Source: Caulobacteraceae bacterium (GTDB lineage: Bacteria; Pseudomonadota; Alphaproteobacteria; Caulobacterales; Caulobacteraceae). From it: a stretch of 64,000 bases of DNA. The notes under the pieces were generated by a model. The model made no database searches and was not told the origin of the DNA. It saw only the letters and a program-made list of their open reading frames with translations. Below, piece by piece: positions 20,886-31,527 of this stretch (positions are counted from its first letter, which is position 1; each line of letters starts with the position of its first letter). The position numbers were made by a program, and so were the translations under genes. The DNA is taken from NCBI GenBank assembly GCA_027489335.1, contig JAIXZX010000005.1, positions 87,125 through 151,124 of the forward strand. Direction: 5' to 3'.

Positions 20886-21647
20886 ATGCCCCGCTACAAG
20901 CTCACCGTCGAGTATGACGGCCGGCCCTATCGAGGCTTCCAGGCGCAGGCCGGACTGGCCTCGGTGCAGGGGGCCATCGAGGCGGCGGTCAAGGGATTCT
21001 GCGGCCAGGACCTGCGATTGCAGGCCGCCGGTCGCACCGACACCGGCGTCCACGCCACGGGCCAGGTGGTGCATGTGGACCTGGACAAGGTCTGGAAGGC
21101 CGAGGTGGTCCGCGACGCGCTGAACGCCCATCTGGTGCCCCAGCCCATCGCCATTCTGTCGGCCGAGCTAGTGGAGGACCCCCGCTGGCACGCCCGCTTT
21201 TCGGCGACCGAGCGGCGCTACATCTATCGCATCCTCAACCGTACGGCGCCGCCGGCCCTGGACTGGGGCCGGGTCTGGCATGTGAAGAAGCCCCTGGACG
21301 CCGAGGCCATGCATACGGCCGCCCAGGCCCTGGTGGGTCACCACGACTTCACCACCTTCCGCGACCTGCAATGTCAGGCCAAGTCGCCGATGAAGACCCT
21401 GGACGTGGCCCGGGTGCGTCGTGAGGGTGACGAGGTGGTGCTGGAGTTCGCCTCCCGCTCCTTCCTCCACCGTCAGGTCCGCTCCATGACCGGCACCCTG
21501 GCCGAGGTGGGGCTGGGACGCTGGAGCGCGGCCGATGTGACCCAGGCGCTGGCAGCCCGCGACCGTCGCGCCTGCGGCCCCGTGGCGCCGGCCACAGGCC
21601 TCTATCTGGTGGGGGTTAAGTACGGCGCGTCAGCGCCAGAAGATTGA
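20886..21647 (+). CDS. truA: tRNA pseudouridine(38-40) synthase
   Basis: [19 protein letters not shown] and FLHRQVR motifs; start corrected to ATG 20886. Confidence 0.97.
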   Translation: MPRYKLTVEYDGRPYRGFQAQAGLASVQGAIEAAVKGFCGQDLRLQAAGRTDTGVHATGQVVHVDLDKVWKAEVVRDALNAHLVPQPIAILSAELVEDPRWHARFSATERRYIYRILNRTAPPALDWGRVWHVKKPLDAEAMHTAAQALVGHHDFTTFRDLQCQAKSPMKTLDVARVRREGDEVVLEFASRSFLHRQVRSMTGTLAEVGLGRWSAADVTQALAARDRRACGPVAPATGLYLVGVKYGASAPED

Positions 21648-21735
21648 ACCACAAAGCTCACCCAGATCACGAAGGACACAACGGCTCTTCCTGCCCTTCG
21701 TGGTTGATACTTGCTCTGCGCCTTCGGCGCGGGCT
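21647..21735. repeat. Degenerate intergenic inverted-repeat element between truA and dapE
   Basis: AACCAC...CACGAAG...CTTCGTGGTT inverted termini (21647-21705) followed by a GCGCC-TTC-GGCGC hairpin. Confidence 0.45.
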
Positions 21736-22887
21736 TCAGCTGCCGAACCGCGCGAAATAGCGAGCGATCAGCCGCTCATAGACCGCCTGCAGGTCGCGGA
21801 TCTCGGCGACGGGCGCGCGTTCGTCCACCGCATGCATGGTCTTGCCCACGAGGCCCAGCTCCACCACCGGGCACAGAGCGCGGATGAAGCGGGCGTCCGA
21901 CGTGCCGCCGGTGGTGGACAGCTCCGGATCGCGTCCGGCCACGTCGCGCACGGCGGCGGCGACCAGGTCGGTGAAGTCCCCGGGTTCTGTGAGGAAGGCC
22001 TCGCCGCTGATGGACGGGGTGACGCGGACGACGCCGTCGAAGCCCTCGGCCTCAGCCTGGGCCACGCCCTCGATCCAGGCGGCGAGGTCGGCGCCCTTGT
22101 GGCCGGGATTGAAGCGAATGTTCACCCGGGCCCTGGCCTGTGCGGGAATGACATTGGTGGCGGCGTTGCCCACGTCCACCGTGGTGATCTCGAGGTTAGA
22201 GGGCTGGAAGCCCGTATAGCCCTCGTCCAGCACATGGGCGTCCAGCGCCGCCAGGATGCGCACCAGCACCGGGACGGGATTGGCCGCCCGGTGGGGATAG
22301 GCCACATGGCCCTGCCGCCCCTCGACCAGGATTTCGGCGTTGATCGAGCCGCGGCGGCCGATCTTGATCATGTCGCCGAAGGTCTCGGCGCTGGTCGGCT
22401 CGCCGACCACGCAGTGATCGACGATCTCGCCCTCGGCCATCAGCGCCTCGACCACCTTCTTGGTGCCGTCGATGGCGATCCCTTCCTCGTCCCCGGTGAT
22501 CAGGAAGGACAGGGAGCCGGTGACGTCGCCGCGGGCCAGGGCGGCTGAGGCCGCGGCGGCGAAGGCGGCCAGCGCGCTCTTCATGTCCACCGCGCCGCGG
22601 CCGATCAGGATGTCGTCGACGATCTTGGCGGCGAAGGCGTCATGGCTCCAGGCGCCGGCGTCGCCCACCGGCACCACGTCGGTGTGGCCGGCGAAACAGA
22701 GGTTCGGCCGCGCGGTTCCCCAGCGGGCATAGAGGTTCTCGATCTCCCCGAACCGCATCCGGCGGCAGGCAAAGCCCAGCTTGGCGAGTTCGGCCTGCAG
22801 CACGTCCATGGCGCCGGCGTCGGCCGGAGTGACGGAGGGGCGGCGGATCAGATCCTGGGTCAGGCGGACGGGGTCGAGGCTGCTCAT
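21736..22887 (-). CDS. dapE: Succinyl-diaminopimelate desuccinylase
   Basis: FAGHTDVVP, GRGAVDMK, GDEEG, GRRGS and GGTSDARF motifs; start corrected to ATG 22887. Confidence 0.97.
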   Translation of the reverse strand: MSSLDPVRLTQDLIRRPSVTPADAGAMDVLQAELAKLGFACRRMRFGEIENLYARWGTARPNLCFAGHTDVVPVGDAGAWSHDAFAAKIVDDILIGRGAVDMKSALAAFAAAASAALARGDVTGSLSFLITGDEEGIAIDGTKKVVEALMAEGEIVDHCVVGEPTSAETFGDMIKIGRRGSINAEILVEGRQGHVAYPHRAANPVPVLVRILAALDAHVLDEGYTGFQPSNLEITTVDVGNAATNVIPAQARARVNIRFNPGHKGADLAAWIEGVAQAEAEGFDGVVRVTPSISGEAFLTEPGDFTDLVAAAVRDVAGRDPELSTTGGTSDARFIRALCPVVELGLVGKTMHAVDERAPVAEIRDLQAVYERLIARYFARFGS

Positions 22888-22955
22888 GATCAAGCAGTTA
22901 GCCTCCGCGGCGCCTGGGGGCAATGGCGGCGGCGGCGCAGGTCGCGCCCAGGCTG

Positions 22956-23028
22956 GGTTACTTAATCCTGAGTAATCATCTCAGTCTAGGGAGGTCGAAC
23001 ATTCAAGATCGGCAAGCGATGTGATCGC
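22956..23028. promoter_or_regulatory. Two imperfect palindromes (candidate operators) in the dapE / exonuclease-like divergent promoter
   Basis: GGTTACTTA-ATCC-TGAGTAATC (22956-22977) and GCGAT-GTG-ATCGC (23016-23028) in an AT-richer gap. Confidence 0.3.
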
Positions 23029-23054
23029 ATAGGTTCAGTAAAAGGAGCTGGCCT

Positions 23055-23687
23055 ATGAACATCGCTTCCCTATTTGGTCGTGGCGGCGCGACTCTGGACG
23101 CCTCGCGAATTGATCTCGCCCTGCGGATGGCCAAATCGGCTCGTCATCCGGCGCCGCCCCGGCCATTCGGGCGACGATCGTTCCGGCCCAATATCGCGGG
23201 CGGCGACCGGCTTTACTTCAATGTCCGCTCTCTGGGCGTGCAGGGGCGCGATCATGTGCTCCAGTACGCCTTCGCCGATGATCGGGGGAATGTGGTGATG
23301 AGCGCCTTTGTGCGGGCGGCGGCGCCTGGCGCCCTGATGCTGGGAACGCCGCCGGGAGATCTGGTCACCGAACCCCTGGACGAAGCCCGGTTCGATGACA
23401 TCGCCGCGCGGATCTGCGCCGGGGCCACGCTGGTGGCCTATCAGAGGGTGCTGCAGGGCGGGCTTCTGCCTCAGGGCGCTGCGGGTTCGGCGGCGAGTAT
23501 CGACTGCGCCTGGCGGCGGTTTCAGCAGACGGCGCGCCGGCTTGGCCTGGCTGCGCCGGCCCGGTCGCCGGTCACCCTGCAGGACGCCCTGGCCCTGGCC
23601 CGGTTGCCGCCCCTGGAGTCGGAGGACGCGGCCCTGCGGGCGCTGTCTATCAGGGCGCTCTGGCGCTGGATGGACGAGGCGGACTAG
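23055..23687 (+). CDS. Hypothetical protein, probable catalytically inactive DEDD/DnaQ-like exonuclease fold
   Basis: AAGGAG RBS; pattern aligns with ExoI/II/III motifs but the acidic residues are replaced. CDS confident, fold is inference. Confidence 0.65.
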   Translation: MNIASLFGRGGATLDASRIDLALRMAKSARHPAPPRPFGRRSFRPNIAGGDRLYFNVRSLGVQGRDHVLQYAFADDRGNVVMSAFVRAAAPGALMLGTPPGDLVTEPLDEARFDDIAARICAGATLVAYQRVLQGGLLPQGAAGSAASIDCAWRRFQQTARRLGLAAPARSPVTLQDALALARLPPLESEDAALRALSIRALWRWMDEAD

Positions 23688-23697
23688 GGGGCCAGGC

Positions 23698-24066
23698 TCA
23701 GGCCCGCGGCGCCACGGCGTCGGCGAACAGGGGCTTGAGCTCGGCGAAGAAGGTTTCCAGGCCATAGCGGTCGGCCAGGGTGAACAGGCCGTCGGCGTCC
23801 CGGTTGAGATAGCCATTGGCGGCCAGCAGCAGCAGTTTGCGGCGGGCGCTCTCCCGGGGAATGCCGGTGATTTCCGACAGGCTGAGCGCATTCAGCCCCC
23901 GCGACTGGCGGGGAACGCCGGCTTCGCCGTTGATCCTGTCGGCCAACTCCGAAAGCAGGAAGGTCAGATAGAGGACGTACTGGTCGAGGTCCCCATCGAA
24001 CCGCGCCCGGGTGCGGATCAGGACCGACGAGAACTGTCCGCTCCACCGATAGAACAGACGCTGCAT
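23698..24066 (-). CDS. Hypothetical protein with C-terminal winged helix-turn-helix
   Basis: GLNALSLSEITGIPRESARRKLLLLAANGYL HTH pattern; start uncertain (ATG 24066 preferred over GTG 24204). Confidence 0.7.
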   Translation of the reverse strand: MQRLFYRWSGQFSSVLIRTRARFDGDLDQYVLYLTFLLSELADRINGEAGVPRQSRGLNALSLSEITGIPRESARRKLLLLAANGYLNRDADGLFTLADRYGLETFFAELKPLFADAVAPRA

Positions 24067-24174
24067 ATCCAGCTCAAGGGACGCCGGCCGGTTGTCGGAC
24101 CAGCCGCGCGGTTCAGGCGCGACGACGGATAGAGATTCTCCACCTTCGTCTCTTGCTGACCCCGGTCGGCCAGA

Positions 24175-24191
24175 GGTTAACGAAAACATAA
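24175..24191 (-). promoter_or_regulatory. CtrA-like site upstream of the wHTH gene
   Basis: TTAT-N7-TTAACC on the minus strand, one mismatch to consensus. Confidence 0.5.
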
Positions 24192-24294
24192 CAGTCGCTC
24201 CCACAGTTGGTATCGTTACAAAATCAACGAGAAGTTGTCACTTTTTGGGCGAGGCGAAAGGCGGCTGTATTCAGATTTCCGTGTTGTCTTAAGG

Positions 24295-24311
24295 GTTAGA
24301 CTTTCTTAACC
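24295..24311 (+). promoter_or_regulatory. Degenerate CtrA-like site
   Basis: GTTAGAC-TTTC-TTAACC; aligns with 34482-34498 and 37743-37759. Confidence 0.4.
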
Positions 24312-24447
24312 AAGAATAAAGGTGTCGCCGCTTCCTGCAGGCAACCTAGTCTACTCGCCCATAACGGGAAACAAGCGCCGCGCTCAAAATGAGCGGACAG
24401 CCGTTCGGGCGGCGTCGCGCCGGGATTGCGTGCAGGGGATGACGCAG

Positions 24448-24469
24448 AAGGCGGCGAAGGCCGCCTTTG
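24448..24469. terminator. Hairpin terminator downstream of dapD (possibly bidirectional)
   Basis: AAGGCGGC-GAAG-GCCGCCTT followed by T. Confidence 0.6.
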
Positions 24470-24479
24470 GAGACCGATG

Positions 24480-25318
<839 letters not shown>

Positions 25319-25319
<1 letters not shown>

Positions 25320-25981
25320 CAGCGGGTCTCCCTGAGGCGCGCGGTCGCCAGGAACGGCGCCAGCTTTTCGGTGCGATGGTGGACGAAGGGGGCGGGCGAG
25401 GCGGCCGCATGGGCGCCGACCAGCACGGTGGTCATGCCGAGCTGCGCCGCCGGGGCGAGATTTCGCTCGGAATCCTCGAAGAAGGCCGTGGCCTCCGGCG
25501 CCATGCCATGGGCGTCGAGCATGGCGGTGAAGGCGGCCGGATCGGGCTTTGGCCGGAATCCGAAGGAGTCGATGTGAAATACGTCATCGAACAGATGGTG
25601 CAGGCCGAGGTGGGAAAGCACCCGCTCGGCGTGGAAGGCGTCGGCGTTGGTGAAGATCAGCCGCCGCCCGGGCAGGCGCTCCAGGGCCGCCAGCAGGTCG
25701 GCGTCGTGGGCCAGCACCTGCAGGGACAGGTCGTGGAACAGGGCGTGGAAGTCGGCTGGGTCCACGCCATGGTGAAGCATGAGGCCCCGAAGGGTCAGAC
25801 CGTGCTCCTCCAGATAATGCTTCTGCAGGGCGTAGGCCTGGTCGGTGGGCAGGCCGGTGACCTTGGCCACGAAGGTGGTCATCCGGTTCTCGACCTCGCC
25901 CATGAACCCGGACTCGGCCGGATAGAGGGTGTTGTCGAGGTCGAAGAGCCAGGTGTCGATATGGGCGAGGTCGGCGCTCAT
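25319..25981 (-). CDS. HAD-family pyrimidine 5'-nucleotidase
   Basis: [18 protein letters not shown] and FFEDSERNL motifs. Confidence 0.92.
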
Positions 25982-25989
25982 GCTCGGGA

Positions 25990-26904
25990 TCAGGCCGAGA
26001 TCAGCGTGCCGGCGCCGTGTTCGGAGAACAGCTCCACCAGCATGGCGTGCGGCCGCCGCCCGTCCAGGATGACCACGGCCTGAACCCCGGACTCCACCGC
26101 ATTGATGGCGGTCTCCAGCTTGGGGATCATGCCGCCGGTGGCGACGCCAGAGGCGATGGCCTCCCGAGCCTGGGCCAGGTTCATTTCCCGGATCAGCTCG
26201 CCATTGGCGTCGAGCACCCCGCGCACGTCGGTCAGCAACAACATGCGCTTGGCCCGCAGGGCGCCGGCCAGGGCGCCGGCCACGGTGTCGGCGTTGATGT
26301 TGTAGGTCTCGCCGTCCTTGGACACGCCGATCGGCGCGATCACCGGGACATAGTCCTCATCGGCATAGATCAGCGCCTCGATCAGCTTCGGATCGATCTT
26401 GGTGGGCTCACCCACAAAACCCAGGTCCACGGCCTGCTCGATCTGGCTGTCCGGGTCCTTGCGGGTGCGCACGGCTTTTTCCACCGTGATCAACCGGGCG
26501 TCCTTGCCCGACAGGCCCACCCCGCGCACGTCGGCCTCGGCGCCGGCGAGCGTGATCCAGTTGGCGATCTCCTTGTTGATGGCGCCCGATAGCACCATCT
26601 CGGCGACCTCCATGGTGGCTGCGTCAGTCACCCGCAGGCCGTCCACGAAGCTCGACTTCACCCCGGCCTTGTCCAGCATCCGGGAGATCTGCGGGCCGCC
26701 CCCATGGACCACCACCGGATGGACGCCCAGCATCTTCAGCAGCACCGCGTCGGCGGCGAACAGCTTGGCCACCGACTCCTCGCCCATGGCGTGGCCGCCG
26801 TACTTGATGACCACGGTTTCGCGGTCGTAGTGCTGGATGAACGGCAGGGCCTCGGCCAGCGTGCGGGCGGTGGCCCAGCCTTCCTCTTCGGGGGTGTCGG
26901 TCAC
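25990..26904 (-). CDS. argB: Acetylglutamate kinase
   Basis: [28 protein letters not shown] and GGMIPK motifs. Confidence 0.97.
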   Translation of the reverse strand: MTDTPEEEGWATARTLAEALPFIQHYDRETVVIKYGGHAMGEESVAKLFAADAVLLKMLGVHPVVVHGGGPQISRMLDKAGVKSSFVDGLRVTDAATMEVAEMVLSGAINKEIANWITLAGAEADVRGVGLSGKDARLITVEKAVRTRKDPDSQIEQAVDLGFVGEPTKIDPKLIEALIYADEDYVPVIAPIGVSKDGETYNINADTVAGALAGALRAKRMLLLTDVRGVLDANGELIREMNLAQAREAIASGVATGGMIPKLETAINAVESGVQAVVILDGRRPHAMLVELFSEHGAGTLISA

Positions 26905-27095
26905 TTGGCGGCGGCTCCCTGATCCTGGAGCGCCCCGATAGCCGACAGCGGCCCCCGTGTCACCCGGCGCCCGTCCCTTCGGCGCCGCCGCGCTTCGAAC
27001 AGGCGAGGCTTAAATCCCGCATCGACGGCGGCTCGCCGCGCCACTATGCCCAGGAAAAGGGCCAAGAGGGGCTCGCGAGTCCGGGGGACACGTCC

Positions 27096-28385
27096 ATGGG
27101 TCAGAACAGTCTTCGCAACCGTCTAATGGGCGCCCTGGCGCTTAGCCTCGCCGCCTGCGCCGCCCAGGCCGAGACCGTGGTGGTTCGCGCCGCTCAGCTG
27201 CTCGACCCGGCCAGCGGGCGCATGCTGGCCGACCCGGTGGTGGTGATCACCGACGGTAAGGTCAGCGCAGTCAGCACAGCGGCCCAGGCGCCCGCGGATC
27301 CGGTCGGGGCGACCCGGGTGGACCTGCCCGGCGTCACCCTGCTGCCGGGGCTGATCGACATGCATGTCCACCTGACCTCGACCCCGGTCTATGGCGGCTA
27401 CAACTATCTGCAGTTCTCCGACGCCTTCTGGACGGCGGTGGGGACGCGCAGCGCCAAGGATACGCTCGAGGCCGGTTTCACAACGGTGCGCAATGTGGGC
27501 TCGGAGTTCTACGGCGATGTGGGTCTGCGCGAAGCGATCGCCGAGGGCCATATCCCGGGGCCCCGCATCGTCACGGCGGCCTACTCGTTCGGCGCCACGG
27601 GCGGCCATTGCGACTCCACCTTCTTCCCGCCGTCCATGGACGAGAAGAGCCCCTATGTGGCCGACGGCCCGGAGGCCGCCCGGCGCAATGTGCGGACCCT
27701 GCGCAAGTACGGCGCCCAGGTGATCAAGATCTGCGCCACCGGCGGGGTCTTCTCCCGGGGGTCCGAGCCCGGCGCCCAGCAACTGGCCATCGACGAGATC
27801 AAGGCTGTCACCGAGGCCGCGCACATGGCCGGCATGAAGGTGGCCGCCCACGCCCATGGGGCGCCAGGCATCCGTGCGGCCATCCTGGGGGGCGTCGACA
27901 CCATCGAGCACGCCAGCCTGGTGGACGACGAGGGCATCCGCCTGGCCCGCGAGCACGGCGCCTGGTTCAGCATGGACATCTACAATACCGAATACACCCA
28001 GGCCGAAGGCCGCAAGAACGGCGTGCTGGAGGACAACCTCCGCAAGGACCGCGACATCGCCGAGATCCAGCGGGAGAACTTCCGCAAGGCCCTGAAGGCG
28101 GGCGTGAAGATGGTCTATGGCACGGACGCCGGGGTCTTCCCGCACGGCCAGAACGGTCGGCAGTTCGCCGTCATGGTCCGCTATGGCGCCACGCCCCTGC
28201 AGGCCATCCAGACGGCCACGATCAACGCCGCCGAGGCTCTCGGCCAGGCCGGCGAGGTGGGGGTGGTGGCGCCCGGCGCCTGGGGCGATCTGGTCGGAGT
28301 CGTGGGCGATCCGCTCAGCAACATCACCCTGCTGGAGGCCCCGGTCTTCGTGATGAAGGGCGGCGAGACGGTGAAGCGCCCCTAG
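27096..28385 (+). CDS. Exported metal-dependent amidohydrolase (Xaa-Pro dipeptidase-like)
   Basis: Signal peptide; PGLIDMHVH, IKICATGG, AHAHG, IEHAS and GTDAG motifs. Confidence 0.9.
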   Translation: MGQNSLRNRLMGALALSLAACAAQAETVVVRAAQLLDPASGRMLADPVVVITDGKVSAVSTAAQAPADPVGATRVDLPGVTLLPGLIDMHVHLTSTPVYGGYNYLQFSDAFWTAVGTRSAKDTLEAGFTTVRNVGSEFYGDVGLREAIAEGHIPGPRIVTAAYSFGATGGHCDSTFFPPSMDEKSPYVADGPEAARRNVRTLRKYGAQVIKICATGGVFSRGSEPGAQQLAIDEIKAVTEAAHMAGMKVAAHAHGAPGIRAAILGGVDTIEHASLVDDEGIRLAREHGAWFSMDIYNTEYTQAEGRKNGVLEDNLRKDRDIAEIQRENFRKALKAGVKMVYGTDAGVFPHGQNGRQFAVMVRYGATPLQAIQTATINAAEALGQAGEVGVVAPGAWGDLVGVVGDPLSNITLLEAPVFVMKGGETVKRP

Positions 28386-28403
28386 GGACGCATCTGCCGG
28401 AGC

Positions 28404-29057
28404 CTAGGGCGCGACGGCGCAGGCCGCGGCGATCTCGGCCCGTAGCTCGGGCATGCCGGCGCCGGTCTCCGAAGAGGTGGCCAGCACCCGGGGGAAGGCG
28501 GCCGGGCGTTTGGCGATGGCGGCCTCGGTCTGCTGGCGTACGGCCTCGACGGCCGCCGGCCGCAGCTTGTCGGCCTTGGTCAGCACGATCTGATAGGAGA
28601 CCGCGGCCCTGTCGAAGGCGTCCATGGGCTCGCCGTCCACCTCTTTCAGCCCATGGCGGGCGTCGATCAGCAGATAGGCGCGCTTCAGGTTGGGCCGACC
28701 CCGCAGGTAGTCGCGGCCCAGGTTCTGGAACTTCTTCACCTCGCTGCGGGCCGCCCGCGCCCAGCCGTAGCCGGGCAGGTCGACCAGCCGCAGGCGCTCA
28801 TCCAGGACGAAGAAGTTGACCTCCCGGGTGCGGCCCGGGGCGTTGGAGGCCCTGGCCAGGTGCTTGTGGCCCACCAGGGCGTTGATCAGGGACGACTTGC
28901 CCACATTGGAGCGGCCGGCGAAGGCCACTTCCGGCAGGTCCGGCGCCGGCAGGCCGTCCATGGCCACGGCCCCCATCATGAACTCCGCCTTGCGGGCGAA
29001 GAGGATGCGGGCCGCCTCCAGGGCGTCGTCGTCGAACAGCGCGTCGGGTTCGGTCAC
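28404..29057 (-). CDS. engB: Ribosome biogenesis GTPase EngB/YihA/YsxC
   Basis: [19 protein letters not shown] and TKAD G-motifs. Confidence 0.96.
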   Translation of the reverse strand: MTEPDALFDDDALEAARILFARKAEFMMGAVAMDGLPAPDLPEVAFAGRSNVGKSSLINALVGHKHLARASNAPGRTREVNFFVLDERLRLVDLPGYGWARAARSEVKKFQNLGRDYLRGRPNLKRAYLLIDARHGLKEVDGEPMDAFDRAAVSYQIVLTKADKLRPAAVEAVRQQTEAAIAKRPAAFPRVLATSSETGAGMPELRAEIAAACAVAP

Positions 29058-30853
29058 TCGGAGACCTTCTTGGTCTTGAACCGGGCGATCAGGCTGTCGA
29101 TGGGGTTATCGACCTGGAACTTCCGCATGATGATGTACTGCTGGCCGATGGTCAGAACGTTGTTCCAGGTCCAGTAGATCAGCAGGCCCGCGGCGAACGG
29201 CGCCATGATGAAGGTGAACATGATCGGCATCAGCTGGAAGATGCGCTGCTGGATCGGGTCGGTGGCCGGCGGGTTCATGGCCGTGGTCAGCCACATGGTG
29301 AAGCCGTAGAGCAGGGGCAGCACGCCCAGGTGCAGCGGGCCGTTCAGGAAGCCGCCGATCAGGGGCGCGGTGGCCGGGTCCCAGGGGATGGCGCCGAACA
29401 GGTTGAAGATGGTCGTCGGGTCCCGCGACGACAGATCCTGGATCCAGCCATAGAAGGGCGCATGCCGCATCTCAATGGTGACGGTCAGCACCTTGTAGAG
29501 GGCGTAGAAGACCGGGATCTGCAGCAGCATGGGCAGACAGCCGGTCAGCGGATTGATCTTCTCGGACTTGTAGAGACCCAGAAGCTCCTGCTGCTGCTTG
29601 GCCGGGTCGTCCTTGTATTTCTTCCGCAGCTCCTCGATCTGGGGCTGCACCTTCTTCATCTTGGTCAGCGACTCGTAGCTCTTGTTGGCCAGCGGGAAGA
29701 AGACCAGCTTCACCACCACGGTGAGCGCCAGGATGGCCAGGCCGACATTGCCGATGTGCTGGTAGATGAAGTGCAGGAAGCTGAACAGCGGCCGGGTCAG
29801 GAACCAGAAATTGCCCCAGTCCACCGCGGCGTCCAGGCGGGGGATGTTCAGATTGGTCTCATAGGCCTTCAGCACCGGCACGGTCTTGGCGCCGGCGAAG
29901 AAGCGGGTGGTCTCGGTGATCTGACGGCCGGCGGGAATGGTCCGCGGCTGGCCCACATAGTTGGCCTCGAAGATCTCCACGGGGCCTGCGCGGGTGACGC
30001 GGAACTCGCCCTTGAGCTGCTCGTCCTGCTCGGGGATCAGGGCCGCCAGCCAGTACTTGTCGGTGATGCCGAGCCAGCCGCCTGTGGAGTTGACCTCGGG
30101 ACCGCCCTCCTTGGCCCACTTGTTGTACTTCACCAGGCGCAGCTCCTCGCCCAGCCAACCGACCGCGCCCTCATGGACGATCTGGTTCTTGCCGAGGTCT
30201 GAGGGGACGCCCTGCCGCTGCACCGAGCCGTAGGGCGCCAGAGTCACATCGCCCGCGCCCGTATTGGCCACCGTGTCGGTGATGGTGAACATGTAACGGT
30301 CGTCGACCGCGATCTGGCGGGTGAAGGTCAGGCCCTGGCCGTTGGCGTAGCGCAGGGTCACCGGGGTCTCGGGCGTGAGCGTCGCGCCCTCCACCAGGGT
30401 CCAGCGCGTGTCGGGGGTGGGCAGGCCGGTGAGATTGGCGCCGGTCCAGCCGAACTCGGCGAACCAGGCGAACTCCGCGCCCTCGGGGCGGAGCAGCTCC
30501 ACCGGGTCGGCGCCGCGATCGACGCTGACCTTGTAGTTGTTCAGGAACAGATCATCGATCCGCGCGCCGCGCAGGGCGATGGAACCGGTCAGCGACGGGG
30601 TGGCCACCGGGGCGCGGGCCGTGCGGGCCACCACCGTGGCGCGATCGGCCAGCTGTGCTGGACTGGAGGGCAGGGCCGGGTCGCGGCCCACCGGATTGGT
30701 CCCAGGCGCTACGGGCGCATCAGCTGCCGCCTGGGCGGCGGCGGCCTGCTGTCGCCGGGCCGCCGGCTCGATCACCAGGAACTGATAGACCACCAGGACG
30801 ATGATCGCGCTGACCACGAAGAGGATCGTGTTGCGGGTGTTGTCATTTTGCAT
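29054..30853 (-). CDS. yidC: Membrane protein insertase YidC
   Basis: [23 protein letters not shown]-like EMRHAPF and YWTWNN motifs. Confidence 0.97.
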   Translation of the reverse strand: MQNDNTRNTILFVVSAIIVLVVYQFLVIEPAARRQQAAAAQAAADAPVAPGTNPVGRDPALPSSPAQLADRATVVARTARAPVATPSLTGSIALRGARIDDLFLNNYKVSVDRGADPVELLRPEGAEFAWFAEFGWTGANLTGLPTPDTRWTLVEGATLTPETPVTLRYANGQGLTFTRQIAVDDRYMFTITDTVANTGAGDVTLAPYGSVQRQGVPSDLGKNQIVHEGAVGWLGEELRLVKYNKWAKEGGPEVNSTGGWLGITDKYWLAALIPEQDEQLKGEFRVTRAGPVEIFEANYVGQPRTIPAGRQITETTRFFAGAKTVPVLKAYETNLNIPRLDAAVDWGNFWFLTRPLFSFLHFIYQHIGNVGLAILALTVVVKLVFFPLANKSYESLTKMKKVQPQIEELRKKYKDDPAKQQQELLGLYKSEKINPLTGCLPMLLQIPVFYALYKVLTVTIEMRHAPFYGWIQDLSSRDPTTIFNLFGAIPWDPATAPLIGGFLNGPLHLGVLPLLYGFTMWLTTAMNPPATDPIQQRIFQLMPIMFTFIMAPFAAGLLIYWTWNNVLTIGQQYIIMRKFQVDNPIDSLIARFKTKKVSE

Positions 30854-30866
30854 GGAGTCAGCGCGC

Positions 30867-31265
30867 TCAGGGCGAAGGAGGGGTTGCGGTCGCAGACGGA
30901 CGCGCCTGCCGGTCGCTTTCGGTCGCGAGGCTTATCAGCGCGCTTTTCACATCGTCAAGCAAACGCGGCCAGGCTCGCACCGGCGCGCCGCTGCGGGCGA
31001 TGATCACATAGTCGAATCCAGGGCGGGCGAAGCTCGGCAACAGCTCATGGGCGGCGGCCCGCATGCGCCGCTTGGCGCGGTTGCGGACGACGGCGCCGCC
31101 GACCTTGCGGGTGGCGGTGAAACCGACCCGGACCAGCGGGGCGTGGTCTTCGCGGTCCCGGGCCTGGACCACCACGGCGCCCCGGGCGCACGAAAACGCC
31201 CGCGCAGCAGCCAGAAAGTCTGGTCGCTTACGCAGGCGCTCGATCTTCAAAGGGGCGTCGGTCAC
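30867..31265 (-). CDS. rnpA: Ribonuclease P protein component
   Basis: [27 protein letters not shown] motif. Confidence 0.95.
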   Translation of the reverse strand: MTDAPLKIERLRKRPDFLAAARAFSCARGAVVVQARDREDHAPLVRVGFTATRKVGGAVVRNRAKRRMRAAAHELLPSFARPGFDYVIIARSGAPVRAWPRLLDDVKSALISLATESDRQARPSATATPPSP

Positions 31266-31300
31266 GCCGACACCTCAATTCTGCCGCTCAGCTAAGGCCC

Positions 31301-31435
31301 TTAGGCGCTCAGACGCTTACGGCCCTTGGCGCGGCGGCGCTGAATGACCTTTTGGCCATTCTTGGTGGCCATGCGCGCGCGGTAGCCGTGACGGCGCTTA
31401 CGCACGAGTCGCGACGGCTGATATGTCCGCTTCAC
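31301..31435 (-). CDS. rpmH: 50S ribosomal protein L34 (missing from ORF track)
   Basis: Hand translation [44 protein letters not shown]; GTG start with GGAG RBS. Confidence 0.97.
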   Translation of the reverse strand: MKRTYQPSRLVRKRRHGYRARMATKNGQKVIQRRRAKGRKRLSA

Positions 31436-31468
31436 GTTGTTGGCTCCAGGTCAGAAAAACGAGGCGCG

Positions 31469-31497
31469 GAGATACGCCAACCACCAGGCCCCGTCAA
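31469..31497 (-). promoter_or_regulatory. Putative housekeeping-sigma promoter of rpmH
   Basis: TTGACG-N17-TATCTC on the minus strand. Confidence 0.55.
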
Positions 31498-31527
31498 CCG
31501 CTCCCCTGCCGAAAAGGGCGATCGACC

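Noticed and set aside
22981-23054. LexA (GTTC-N7-GTTC) or FixK/FNR box upstream of the exonuclease-like gene
   Set aside because: Only isolated GAAC/GTTC half-sites; no correctly spaced pair.
31436-31527. Possible replication origin next to rpmH-rnpA-yidC
   Set aside because: No dnaA gene, no DnaA-box cluster and no extended AT-rich unwinding element are seen; Caulobacterales origins lie near hemE.
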